This document shows, piece after piece, positions 19,840-30,043 of a stretch of 64,000 nt of DNA. Positions within the stretch are counted from its first letter, which is position 1, and each line of letters starts with the position of its first letter. The stretch is taken from NCBI RefSeq assembly GCF_058153355.1, contig NZ_CM177019.1, one strand, 5' to 3'. The translations under genes were made by a program, and so were the position numbers. The notes beneath the pieces are model-generated. The model saw nothing but the letters and a program-made list of their open reading frames with translations. It was not told the DNA's origin and made no database searches.

Positions 19840-19870
19840 TGGATCATAGTCACTTAATGTGACTATGATC
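19840..19870. repeat. Perfect 13-bp-arm palindrome 18 bp after the hdeD stop (possible terminator or protein-binding site)
   Basis: ggatcatagtcac-ttaat-gtgactatgatcc. Confidence 0.5.
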
Positions 19871-20226
19871 CAATTAATACTCTCTCCGCTACACAGCATT
19901 TTAGATCAATTGCGCGCTATCATTGAAATAATTATCTGCTGATGAGTATTTCAACCTACTGAATTTTATCTGATTTTTTTCATTGCATGGCAAATTAGCC
20001 ATTTCAAACATTATCATGGCTGATATTTTCCGTAGTCAGGTTTAATGTTTTAAAAGTGCTGTGGGAAAGTGAACAAAGAGTTCCGTAAGCGTTGATGCTA
20101 TGGGCGGTTAAATAAGTAATCCGGGTTCATTTTTTTATAACTGGCGTTGATTACATTGCATAAATATCCGTGTCTCCAGACGCTATATAAAAACCTGAAG
20201 ACATGAATGAGTTATTTACTCAGGTA

Positions 20227-20310
20227 ATTTCAATGCGTTAAAAGAAAGCTGGCAATCCAATTGCCAGCTTAAGTCGAAACAAGGAGACTCGATATTTAAA
20301 TCGGATTACA
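20227..20310 (-). ncRNA. arrS: Possible antisense sRNA in the gadE leader (ArrS-like); only its minus-strand terminator is directly visible
   Basis: Perfect hairpin agctggcaat-cca-attgccagct (20237..20259) followed on the minus strand by UUCUUUU; extent and identity are inferred from recalled K-12 organisation. Confidence 0.3.
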
Positions 20311-20620
20311 TTTTAACTTTAGTAATATTCTTCAGAGATCACAAACTGGTTATTGATAACTTATTCTTGGGCAGTAATCCGCAAACGTTAATTTTTTGTT
20401 TGCAGTTTACAATCTGATAACAACCAGGAATTTTACTTAGGATCAATATATGGAGTGCGTGATGGATAAATCTGAAGTATTGATTAGTGTTAATAGACGT
20501 ATTAGTTCACGAAGGGCAAGGTTCTTATAGGCGTTTACTATATTGAACAACGATTCGAACAGGGATGTAAATAATGAAAAGGATGACATGTTCGAAACGA
20601 TAACGGCTAAGGAGCAAGTT

Positions 20621-21148
20621 ATGATTTTTCTCATGACGAAAGATTCTTTTCTTTTACAGGGCTTTTGGCAGTTGAAAGATAATCACGAAATGATAAAAAT
20701 CAATTCCCTGTCAGAGATCAAAAAAGTAGGTAATAAACCCTTCAAGGTTATCATTGATACCTATCACAACCATATCCTTGATGAAGAAGCGATTAAATTT
20801 CTGGAGAAATTAGACGCCGAGAGAATTATTGTTTTGGCACCTTATCACATCAGTAAACTAAAAGCTAAAGCGCCTATTTATTTTGTCAGCCGCAAAGAAA
20901 GTATCAAAAATCTTCTTGAGATTACTTATGGTAAACACTTGCCCCATAAGAATTCACAATTATGTTTTTCACATAATCAGTTCAAAATTATGCAGCTGAT
21001 TCTGAAAAACAAAAACGAAAGCAATATCACGTCAACGCTCAATATTTCGCAACAAACATTAAAGATTCAGAAATTCAACATTATGTACAAGCTGAAACTA
21101 AGACGTATGAGCGACATCGTCACCCTGGGTATCACATCTTATTTTTAG
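20621..21148 (+). CDS. gadE: LuxR-family acid-resistance master regulator GadE (175 aa)
   Basis: ORF 20543..21148 trimmed to MIFLMTKDSFLLQGFWQLKDNHEMIKINSLSEIKK...; matches GadE; roughly 800-bp upstream regulatory region. Confidence 0.9.
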   Translation: MIFLMTKDSFLLQGFWQLKDNHEMIKINSLSEIKKVGNKPFKVIIDTYHNHILDEEAIKFLEKLDAERIIVLAPYHISKLKAKAPIYFVSRKESIKNLLEITYGKHLPHKNSQLCFSHNQFKIMQLILKNKNESNITSTLNISQQTLKIQKFNIMYKLKLRRMSDIVTLGITSYF

Positions 21149-21486
21149 TCAGGACATAATTAACTGAAAATGATGGCAGGCATGAAGAGGGATGCAGATG
21201 CTGATTTCATTATCCCCGGTGATGACTAAAGGAGAGGCGAAAACGACTTTATTCCCCTGGTATGTGTATCCACCAGTAGAACCCTTCGTTGCCCGAATGC
21301 TGGCAGGAACTGTTGGCAGAACGGCAACATTTTTTTTGTCGTTGACCTCACCATGTCGATCACTGTGCTTGCATCCCATCTTACTGGCTGACAACCCCAC
21401 TATGCCGCTGGTCTGTAAATCCCTCATACCTCTCCTCGCGCGCAATTTAAAGAACCGTTATATCTCAAGAATTTTCAGGGACTAAA

Positions 21487-22644
21487 ATGAACAGAAGAAG
21501 AAAACTGTTAATACCGTTGTTATTCTGCGGCGCGATGCTCACCGCCTGCGATGACAAATCGACGGAAAACGCCGCCGCCATGACGCCTGAGGTCGGTGTC
21601 GTCACACTCTCCCCCGGTTCGGTCAATGTGTTGAGCGAATTGCCCGGTAGAACCGTTCCTTATGAAGTTGCCGAGATACGCCCTCAGGTGGGCGGTATTA
21701 TCATTAAACGCAACTTTATCGAAGGCGATAAAGTGAACCAGGGCGATTCGCTGTATCAGATTGATCCTGCGCCTTTACAGGCCGATCTAAACTCCGCCAA
21801 AGGCTCGTTGGCGAAAGCACTCTCAACCGCCAGCAATGCCCGCATCACCTTTAACCGCCAGGCATCATTGCTGAAGACCAACTACGTTAGCCGTCAGGAT
21901 TACGACACCGAGCGCACCCAGCTGAATGAAGCAGAAGCCAATGTCACCGTCGCCAAAGCGGCTGTTGAACAGGCGACGATCAATCTGCAATACGCGAATG
22001 TCACCTCGCCGATTACGGGCGTCAGCGGGAAATCGTCGGTGACCGTCGGCGCACTCGTTACCGCTAATCAAGCCGATTCACTGGTTACCGTGCAACGTCT
22101 GGACCCGATTTATGTCGATCTCACGCAGTCGGTGCAGGATTTTTTGCGCATGAAAGAAGAGGTCGCCAGTGGACAAATCAAACAGGTTCAGGGCAGTACG
22201 CCAGTACAGCTCAATCTGGAAAATGGTAAACGTTACAGCCAGACCGGCACGCTGAAATTCTCCGACCCGACGGTGGATGAAACCACGGGCTCCGTGACGT
22301 TACGGGCGATTTTCCCCAACCCAAATGGTGACTTGCTGCCAGGTATGTATGTCACGGCATTAGTGGATGAAGGTAGCCGCCAGAATGTATTACTGGTGCC
22401 GCAGGAAGGCGTCACCCACAACGCCCAGGGTAAAGCAACGGCGCTCATTCTGGATAAAGACGATGTTGTGCAGCTACGCGAAATTAAAGCCAGCAAAGCC
22501 ATCGGCGACCAGTGGGTTGTCACCTCTGGCTTGCAGGCTGGCGATCGGGTGATCGTTTCCGGTTTGCAACGTATTCATCCGGGTATCAAAGCACGTGCAA
22601 TTTCCTCCAGCCAGGAAAACGCCAGCACCGAATCGAAACAATAA
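21487..22644 (+). CDS. mdtE: RND efflux membrane-fusion protein MdtE (385 aa)
   Basis: ORF 21487..22644; lipobox LTAC; matches MdtE. Confidence 0.95.
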   Translation: MNRRRKLLIPLLFCGAMLTACDDKSTENAAAMTPEVGVVTLSPGSVNVLSELPGRTVPYEVAEIRPQVGGIIIKRNFIEGDKVNQGDSLYQIDPAPLQADLNSAKGSLAKALSTASNARITFNRQASLLKTNYVSRQDYDTERTQLNEAEANVTVAKAAVEQATINLQYANVTSPITGVSGKSSVTVGALVTANQADSLVTVQRLDPIYVDLTQSVQDFLRMKEEVASGQIKQVQGSTPVQLNLENGKRYSQTGTLKFSDPTVDETTGSVTLRAIFPNPNGDLLPGMYVTALVDEGSRQNVLLVPQEGVTHNAQGKATALILDKDDVVQLREIKASKAIGDQWVVTSGLQAGDRVIVSGLQRIHPGIKARAISSSQENASTESKQ

Positions 22645-22668
22645 CGTTGCAGGCTTAAGGGGACTTTC

Positions 22669-25600
22669 ATGGCTAACTATTTTATTGATCGCCCGGTTTT
22701 TGCCTGGGTACTTGCCATTATTATGATGCTTGCAGGTGGTCTGGCGATCATGAACTTACCGGTTGCGCAATATCCGCAGATTGCGCCACCAACTATTACC
22801 GTCAGCGCAACCTATCCGGGTGCCGATGCGCAAACGGTAGAAGACTCGGTCACTCAGGTGATTGAGCAAAATATGAATGGGCTTGATGGCCTGATGTACA
22901 TGTCTTCAACCAGCGATGCGGCGGGTAATGCCTCCATCACTCTGACCTTTGAGACGGGGACATCGCCTGATATCGCACAGGTTCAGGTACAAAATAAACT
23001 GCAACTCGCAATGCCTTCATTACCTGAAGCGGTGCAGCAGCAGGGTATTAGCGTCGATAAGTCGAGCAGTAATATCCTGATGGTAGCGGCGTTTATTTCT
23101 GATAACGGCAGTCTCAACCAGTACGATATCGCGGACTATGTAGCGTCTAATATCAAAGACCCGCTAAGCCGTACCGCGGGCGTTGGTAGCGTACAGCTCT
23201 TTGGTTCCGAGTACGCCATGCGTATCTGGCTGGACCCGCAAAAACTCAATAAATATAACCTGGTACCTTCCGATGTTATTTCCCAGATTAAGGTGCAAAA
23301 CAACCAGATTTCCGGTGGTCAACTGGGTGGCATGCCACAGGCGGCAGACCAGCAACTGAACGCCTCGATCATTGTGCAGACGCGTCTGCAAACGCCGGAA
23401 GAATTTGGCAAAATCCTGTTGAAAGTTCAGCAAGATGGTTCGCAAGTACTGCTGCGTGATGTCGCCCGCGTCGAACTTGGGGCGGAAGATTATTCCACCG
23501 TGGCGCGCTATAACGGCAAACCTGCTGCCGGGATCGCCATCAAACTGGCTACCGGAGCAAACGCCCTGGATACCTCGCGAGCGGTGAAAGAGGAGCTGAA
23601 CCGTTTATCGGCTTATTTCCCCGCAAGCCTGAAGACGGTTTATCCTTACGACACCACACCGTTTATCAAAATTTCTATTCAGGAAGTTTTCAAAACGCTG
23701 GTTGAGGCTATCATCCTCGTCTTCCTGGTCATGTATCTGTTTTTGCAGAATTTCCGAGCCACAATCATCCCGACGATTGCCGTACCGGTGGTTATTCTCG
23801 GGACGTTTGCGATCTTGTCGGCGGTCGGTTTCACCATCAACACCCTCACCATGTTCGGGATGGTGCTGGCGATAGGGTTGTTGGTGGATGACGCCATCGT
23901 GGTGGTAGAAAACGTCGAGCGCGTGATAGCGGAGGATAAACTGCCGCCGAAGGAAGCAACGCATAAATCCATGGGGCAAATCCAACGCGCTCTGGTCGGG
24001 ATTGCCGTTGTGCTTTCCGCGGTGTTTATGCCAATGGCCTTTATGAGCGGTGCAACCGGGGAGATCTACCGACAGTTCTCCATCACGCTGATCTCCTCCA
24101 TGCTGCTTTCAGTATTTGTGGCAATGAGCCTGACCCCTGCCCTGTGCGCCACCATTCTGAAAGCCGCGCCGGAAGGCGGTCACAAACCTAACGCCCTGTT
24201 CGCACGCTTCAACACGCTGTTTGAAAAATCGACTCATCACTATACCGATAGCACCCGCTCGCTGTTGCGTTGTACCGGTCGCTACATGGTGGTCTACCTG
24301 CTGATTTGCGCCGGGATGGCAGTGCTGTTCCTGCGTACGCCGACCTCTTTCTTACCAGAAGAGGATCAGGGGGTATTTATGACCACCGCGCAGTTACCTT
24401 CCGGTGCAACCATGGTTAACACCACGAAAGTGCTGCAACAGGTGACTGATTATTATCTGACAAAAGAGAAAGATAATGTTCAGTCGGTGTTTACCGTTGG
24501 CGGCTTTGGCTTCAGTGGCCAGGGGCAAAACAACGGTCTGGCGTTTATCAGCCTCAAACCGTGGTCTGAACGTGTCGGTGAGGAAAACTCGGTTACCGCG
24601 ATCATTCAGCGGGCAATGATTGCGTTAAGCAGTATCAATAAAGCCGTCGTCTTCCCGTTCAACTTACCCGCGGTGGCTGAACTGGGTACCGCGTCAGGTT
24701 TTGATATGGAACTGCTGGACAACGGTAACCTGGGGCACGAAAAACTGACCCAGGCGCGAAACGAGCTATTATCACTGGCAGCGCAATCACCGAATCAGGT
24801 CACCGGGGTACGCCCGAACGGACTGGAAGATACGCCGATGTTCAAAGTGAACGTCAACGCCGCGAAAGCCGAGGCAATGGGTGTGGCGCTGTCTGATATC
24901 AACCAGACAATTTCCACCGCCTTCGGCAGCAGCTACGTGAACGACTTCCTCAACCAGGGGCGGGTGAAAAAAGTGTATGTCCAGGCAGGCACGCCGTTCC
25001 GTATGTTGCCGGATAACATCAACCAGTGGTATGTACGCAACGCCTCTGGCACGATGGCACCGCTTTCGGCCTATTCGTCTACCGAATGGACCTATGGTTC
25101 ACCGCGACTGGAACGCTACAACGGCATCCCGTCAATGGAGATTTTAGGTGAAGCGGCGGCCGGGAAAAGTACCGGTGACGCTATGAAATTTATGGCAGAC
25201 CTGGTCGCTAAACTTCCGGCAGGCGTCGGCTACTCGTGGACCGGACTGTCGTATCAGGAAGCGTTATCCTCAAACCAGGCTCCCGCGCTGTATGCCATTT
25301 CACTGGTCGTGGTGTTCCTCGCCCTTGCCGCACTTTATGAGAGCTGGTCAATTCCGTTCTCGGTGATGTTGGTTGTACCGTTAGGTGTCGTTGGCGCATT
25401 ACTGGCCACCGATCTGCGCGGCTTAAGTAATGACGTCTACTTCCAGGTTGGTTTGCTGACTACCATCGGGCTTTCCGCCAAGAACGCCATCCTGATCGTC
25501 GAATTTGCCGTTGAGATGATGCAGAAAGAAGGGAAAACGCCGATAGAGGCAATCATCGAAGCGGCGCGGATGCGTTTACGCCCAATCCTGATGACCTCTC

Positions 25601-25782
25601 TGGCCTTTATTCTCGGCGTGTTGCCGCTGGTAATCAGCCACGGTGCCGGTTCCGGCGCGCAAAACGCGGTAGGTACCGGCGTGATGGGCGGGATGTTTGC
25701 CGCAACAGTGCTGGCCATTTACTTCGTTCCAGTCTTTTTCGTTGTAGTGGAACATCTCTTTGCCCGCTTTAAAAAAGCGTAA
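22669..25782 (+). CDS. mdtF: RND multidrug efflux pump MdtF (1037 aa)
   Basis: ORF 22669..25782; AcrB-family sequence [27 protein letters not shown]... Confidence 0.95.
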   Translation: MANYFIDRPVFAWVLAIIMMLAGGLAIMNLPVAQYPQIAPPTITVSATYPGADAQTVEDSVTQVIEQNMNGLDGLMYMSSTSDAAGNASITLTFETGTSPDIAQVQVQNKLQLAMPSLPEAVQQQGISVDKSSSNILMVAAFISDNGSLNQYDIADYVASNIKDPLSRTAGVGSVQLFGSEYAMRIWLDPQKLNKYNLVPSDVISQIKVQNNQISGGQLGGMPQAADQQLNASIIVQTRLQTPEEFGKILLKVQQDGSQVLLRDVARVELGAEDYSTVARYNGKPAAGIAIKLATGANALDTSRAVKEELNRLSAYFPASLKTVYPYDTTPFIKISIQEVFKTLVEAIILVFLVMYLFLQNFRATIIPTIAVPVVILGTFAILSAVGFTINTLTMFGMVLAIGLLVDDAIVVVENVERVIAEDKLPPKEATHKSMGQIQRALVGIAVVLSAVFMPMAFMSGATGEIYRQFSITLISSMLLSVFVAMSLTPALCATILKAAPEGGHKPNALFARFNTLFEKSTHHYTDSTRSLLRCTGRYMVVYLLICAGMAVLFLRTPTSFLPEEDQGVFMTTAQLPSGATMVNTTKVLQQVTDYYLTKEKDNVQSVFTVGGFGFSGQGQNNGLAFISLKPWSERVGEENSVTAIIQRAMIALSSINKAVVFPFNLPAVAELGTASGFDMELLDNGNLGHEKLTQARNELLSLAAQSPNQVTGVRPNGLEDTPMFKVNVNAAKAEAMGVALSDINQTISTAFGSSYVNDFLNQGRVKKVYVQAGTPFRMLPDNINQWYVRNASGTMAPLSAYSSTEWTYGSPRLERYNGIPSMEILGEAAAGKSTGDAMKFMADLVAKLPAGVGYSWTGLSYQEALSSNQAPALYAISLVVVFLALAALYESWSIPFSVMLVVPLGVVGALLATDLRGLSNDVYFQVGLLTTIGLSAKNAILIVEFAVEMMQKEGKTPIEAIIEAARMRLRPILMTSLAFILGVLPLVISHGAGSGAQNAVGTGVMGGMFAATVLAIYFVPVFFVVVEHLFARFKKA

Positions 25783-25789
25783 CGTGTAA

Positions 25790-25828
25790 ATGAGAGTAAG
25801 GTTGAACGTGAGGGTTCAGCCTTACTCT
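25790..25828 (+). terminator. Hairpin downstream of mdtF
   Basis: agtaaggttgaac...gttcagccttact (one mismatch) followed by ctttcc. Confidence 0.4.
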
Positions 25829-26144
25829 TTCCTGCTAACCATTCACCACTCAACAACCAGCTAACCGTCAGGAATACCAGGCTTAGTACACAGCACTGAA
25901 AGTAAAAACCACTCCAGCCATTCGTCATCAATTTGAACAGCACAATACTGACCCACATTCCCGTAATCGTATGAATTGTCAGCTTAATAATCCCAAACAT
26001 GCCGAGTCTTTTCCTCCTGAAAATACCTATACCGCCTGGCATACTGCGAAAGAGAACTAGCCGGTAGCCCGGCAGAAATCATCAGGGAAGAGTTTCACAT
26101 GAAGCACGTGTGAGATCCTGACCAATATTCAAATGCGAAATATG

Positions 26145-26873
26145 TCAGGAAAAGGTACCTGGCGAATGTTGCGCAAACTGATGTGGCGTTACACCATAAT
26201 ATTGTCGAAATGTGTTTATAAAGTACGACGTACTGCTATACCCACATTTTTCCGCAATAGTATGTAGAGGAATTTGACGTAACTCGAGTAATCGTCTGGC
26301 CATCGACATCCTGGAAGCGAGTAATATTTTACTGAAACAGGTATTTTCGTCCTGCAACTTTTTTTTGATTAGACTCTCGCTGGTATACATTCTTTCCGCG
26401 ATATCGCGTAGATACCAACGTTTAGCGATATCAAAGCTAATAAGGCGTTCAACTTTTCCTGAAACAGTGCTGATACTATTGAAAAGTAAGGGGATTAGTT
26501 CTTTCTTATGAGAAAACATAGATAAACAGGAAAGGTAGAGCATATTGCTCAGTATCGGCGAATTTACTCCGGATTCATTGAAACTATCAAAAATCGCCGT
26601 CACCAGAGGCATGGGCGGGGACTGGTTAATTAACAAACGGTCTTTGCTATGTAACCCTAAATTGCGCGGTAACTGACGAATATTTTGTAAGTAATGGCAA
26701 ACTGTCAGCTCATCGATATCCAGTCGTCGTGTATCCGGTGAACAAAACGCAAAATCGTCTGCCAAATTTTTATCCAGCAGTAGAATACTTTCGTTGTGCA
26801 ACGATATTTTTTGCTGTTCATGATGAATATCCAATGAACGACGAACGAGGATCACCGAGCAGACATGAGTCAT
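26145..26873 (-). CDS. gadW: AraC-family regulator GadW (242 aa)
   Basis: ORF 26145..26873; AraC HTH C-terminus; matches GadW. Confidence 0.9.
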   Translation of the reverse strand: MTHVCSVILVRRSLDIHHEQQKISLHNESILLLDKNLADDFAFCSPDTRRLDIDELTVCHYLQNIRQLPRNLGLHSKDRLLINQSPPMPLVTAIFDSFNESGVNSPILSNMLYLSCLSMFSHKKELIPLLFNSISTVSGKVERLISFDIAKRWYLRDIAERMYTSESLIKKKLQDENTCFSKILLASRMSMARRLLELRQIPLHTIAEKCGYSSTSYFINTFRQYYGVTPHQFAQHSPGTFS

Positions 26874-27119
26874 GACTATCCCTTATATTTCATTACTGCG
26901 ATTATTTCAATTTCAGTATACTAATGAAATGATGCCAGACCGCTTCTTCGTGCATAAACTGCCATATTTGGTAGGACCAAAAGTTATCCAAAAAGTAGTT
27001 TGACATAACAGTTAATTGATAATAAGAAAATGCAAGAAGAATATATTTTCACACAGCGCATAGCTTATGTTTATAAAAAAATGGCTGATCTTATCTCCAG
27101 TAAAAGTTATATTTAACTT

Positions 27120-27225
27120 ACTGAGAGCACAAAGTTTCCCGTGCCAACAGGGAGTGTTATAACGGTTTATTAGTCTGGAGACGGCAGACTATCCTCTTCC
27201 CGGTCCCCTATGCCGGGTTTTTTTT
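27120..27225 (+). ncRNA. gadY: GadY small RNA, antisense to the gadX 3-prime end
   Basis: actgagagcacaaagtttcccgtgccaacagggag...cccggtcccctatgccggg followed by eight T; intrinsic terminator on the + strand ending 16 bp before the gadX stop; matches GadY as I recall it. Confidence 0.65.
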
Positions 27226-27240
27226 ATGTCTGGGTAAAAA

Positions 27241-28065
27241 CTATAATCTTATTTCTTCCGCAGAACGGTCAGTGCCGTAAAAATTCCCTTGTGCAACAAT
27301 ACTTGCCACCGAGTCACGGTTCGGCAATTCTTGTGCCGATCGCTCCTGATACTCTGTGGGCGTCATCCCATAATAATTTCGAAAAACGTAAATGAAATAC
27401 GACACGCTGTGATAACCACAGGACACTGCGACTCTTTTAATTGAAAACCCATGTATAACAATAAGTTGTAAAGCACGTTGCATTCTACACTCAGTAAGCA
27501 ACTGTGAATATGACGTACCTTCTTCGCGCAATTTTTTCTTTAACAGGCTTGAACTCATCAACAGCTCGCTGGCGATTTGGGCTAATGTCCACTCATGGGC
27601 GATATTATTATTGATGACCGTACAAACTCGTGTTCGCATGTTCGGTTGCAAAACGTTCAGAAGCAGCGGTATAAACTGCTCGTCCTCCAGGAAAACAGAT
27701 AACAACGCAAAGATTAATGCTCTTTTACGGAGCATTTCTGCATAGCGCAGATTCTTATTCTGCGATAGTTGCGCAACCTCCTGAAAAACAGGAATATCTC
27801 TGGTACAGTGATGAACGAGTAACGAAGGAACTTTTTTATGTGCATGAAGATTTAATGCCTCCTCCTTGAGCATCGGGAGAAATAATGAAAGCGTGTCCCT
27901 TGAAACTAATACAAAATTCTCGACACACTTATCCACTTGAATTTGACTTGCATCCGCAAAAACCAGTTCACCGCCATTAAAATAGCGATATTCACCATTA
28001 ACCATGGTGAGAATATATTTATGTCTTGCGTACGCAATTAGACAATTACCATGTAGTGATTGCAT
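27241..28065 (-). CDS. gadX: AraC-family regulator GadX (274 aa)
   Basis: ORF 27241..28065; matches GadX. Confidence 0.9.
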   Translation of the reverse strand: MQSLHGNCLIAYARHKYILTMVNGEYRYFNGGELVFADASQIQVDKCVENFVLVSRDTLSLFLPMLKEEALNLHAHKKVPSLLVHHCTRDIPVFQEVAQLSQNKNLRYAEMLRKRALIFALLSVFLEDEQFIPLLLNVLQPNMRTRVCTVINNNIAHEWTLAQIASELLMSSSLLKKKLREEGTSYSQLLTECRMQRALQLIVIHGFSIKRVAVSCGYHSVSYFIYVFRNYYGMTPTEYQERSAQELPNRDSVASIVAQGNFYGTDRSAEEIRL

Positions 28066-28432
28066 AGTCGGCTTAATATTACATAAACATATTACTGTTT
28101 ATTAATGTAGCACGCCGCCCTCTTAAGTCAAATTGATTGATAAATAAATTTAAACGAAGCGGGAAAACAGGATGATGATGTGTGATGATAGTCGGGCTGG
28201 ATAACTGGATTTATAATACAAAAAAGGCGTTAAAAACGCAGAGGAATTATTAGTAAGCAAATAATCCCTTATTGTGATATTAAACGGTCTCGCCACCCTT
28301 AATAACATTCATATAACATATATCTTATCAACACGATGAATAAACAGCCAATATATTATTGCATGAATAAGTAACCGAATGCCCCACCTGTTTTTTAAGG
28401 TCGGGGCATTCGGTTTTTACAAAATTATGTTA

Positions 28433-29833
28433 TCAGGTGTGTTTAAAGCTGTTCTGCTGGGCTATACCCTGCAGTTTCGGGTGATCGCTGAGGTATTTCA
28501 GGGAGGCTTTGTAGTCTTCCAGTAACAGTTCAGCAAAGTCCATTTCGAAGCCACGACGACACATAATACGCATCACCACGATGTCGGTGGCTTCACCGCC
28601 GAGAGTGAAGGCCGGAACCTGCCAGCCGCGCAGACGCAGGCGTTCAGAGAGGTCATACAGGGTGTATCCCGGATCTTCACCATCTTTCAGTTTGAAGCAA
28701 ACCGCCGGGATGCCTTCATCCGGGCGACCGGTACAGATGAACTCATACGGCCCCAGTTTGGCGATTTCATCCGCCAGATAAGCGGCAACCTGGTAGGAAG
28801 CGTTCTGTACTTTGGTATAGCCTTCACGACCGAGGCGCAGGAATTCATAATACTGTGCAATCACCTGACCCGCCGGGCGGGAGAAGTTGATGGCGAAAGT
28901 CCCAATCTGACCACCGAGATAGTCAACGTTGAACACCAGTTCCTGCGGCAGCGCTTCTTCATCACGCCAGATAACCCAGCCGCAGCCCAGCGGAGCCAGA
29001 CCGAATTTGTGGCCTGAAGCACTGATCGATTTCACACGAGGCAGGCGGAAGTCCCAGACGATATCCGGGGCGACGAACGGTGCCAGGAAGCCACCACTGG
29101 CGGCGTCGATGTGCATGTCGATGTCGATACCGGTGTCGGCCTGGAATTTATCCAGTGCATCGTGCAGCGGTTGCGGGAATTCATAGTTACCGGTGTAGGT
29201 CACGCCGAAAGTCGGCACCACGCCGATGGTGTTTTCGTCGCAGGCTTCAATCATGCGTTTCGGATCCATAAACAACTGACCGGGGCGCATAGGGATTTCA
29301 CGCAGCTCCACATCCCAGTAACGGGCGAATTTATGCCAGCAGATTTGTACCGGGCCGCACACCAGATTAGGTTTATCCGTTGGCTTGCCTGCGGCTTCCA
29401 TACGCTTGCGCCAACGCCATTTCATCGCCATCCCGCCGAGCATACAGGCCTCGGAAGAGCCAATGGTGTTGGTGCCAACGGCCTGACCGTTTTTTGGCGC
29501 AGGCGCATGCCACAGGTCAGCAACCATGTTTACGCAACGCAGGTCGATAGCTGCAGATTGCGGATATTCTTCTTTGTCGATCCAGTTTTTGTTAATGGAT
29601 AAATCCATCAACTTATGGACATTTTCGTCGTCCCAGGTCTGGCAGAAAGTGGCCAGGTTCTGACGAGCGTTGCCATCAAGATATAATTCGTCATTGATAA
29701 TCTGGAATGCGACATCATCGCGCATTTCGTGCAGCGGAAATCGTTTTGACTCCGCGATAGTAGAAATGGCCTTTGCGCCAAAACGTGAATCGAGTAGTTC
29801 TGAGCGGAAATCCGTTAACAGCTTCTGGTCCAT
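28433..29833 (-). CDS. gadA: Glutamate decarboxylase alpha GadA (466 aa)
   Basis: ORF 28433..29896 trimmed to [21 protein letters not shown]... with an AAGGAG Shine-Dalgarno; called gadA rather than gadB from its position next to gadX. Confidence 0.9.
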   Translation of the reverse strand: MDQKLLTDFRSELLDSRFGAKAISTIAESKRFPLHEMRDDVAFQIINDELYLDGNARQNLATFCQTWDDENVHKLMDLSINKNWIDKEEYPQSAAIDLRCVNMVADLWHAPAPKNGQAVGTNTIGSSEACMLGGMAMKWRWRKRMEAAGKPTDKPNLVCGPVQICWHKFARYWDVELREIPMRPGQLFMDPKRMIEACDENTIGVVPTFGVTYTGNYEFPQPLHDALDKFQADTGIDIDMHIDAASGGFLAPFVAPDIVWDFRLPRVKSISASGHKFGLAPLGCGWVIWRDEEALPQELVFNVDYLGGQIGTFAINFSRPAGQVIAQYYEFLRLGREGYTKVQNASYQVAAYLADEIAKLGPYEFICTGRPDEGIPAVCFKLKDGEDPGYTLYDLSERLRLRGWQVPAFTLGGEATDIVVMRIMCRRGFEMDFAELLLEDYKASLKYLSDHPKLQGIAQQNSFKHT

Positions 29834-29912
29834 TTCGAACTCCTTAAATTTATTTGAAGGCAATAAAAAAGTAGGATTTATCCGCAATGGAAGCAAGGCA
29901 TTACAGGCTTAA

Positions 29913-29932
29913 TTTAAATAACAAAATCCTAA
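29913..29932 (-). promoter_or_regulatory. GAD box (GadE/GadX-GadW binding site) upstream of gadA
   Basis: Reverse complement of 29913..29932 is TTAGGATTTTGTTATTTAAA, the 20-bp GAD box consensus, about 80 bp upstream of the gadA ATG. Confidence 0.8.
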
Positions 29933-30043
29933 GCAGAAAAACGACTTTTTATAATATAAACATTTAACATGATAATATTAAAAACAGACTTTATTGTCGT
30001 AATAAAAATCGCCCAAACATTCCTGTTCGGGCGATCAAATTAA

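Noticed and set aside
21149-21486. Overlapping ORFs 21149..21445 (minus) and 21192..21485 (plus) between gadE and mdtE
   Set aside because: Mutually overlapping on opposite strands in a known regulatory spacer (gadE 3-prime UTR / mdtE promoter); no start-site signals or domains.
25719-26042. 107-aa minus-strand ORF with a hydrophobic segment between mdtF and gadW
   Set aside because: It overlaps the 3-prime end of mdtF and the mdtF terminator hairpin and has no ribosome-binding site; probably a chance ORF in AT-rich DNA, though a small membrane peptide cannot be excluded without expression data.
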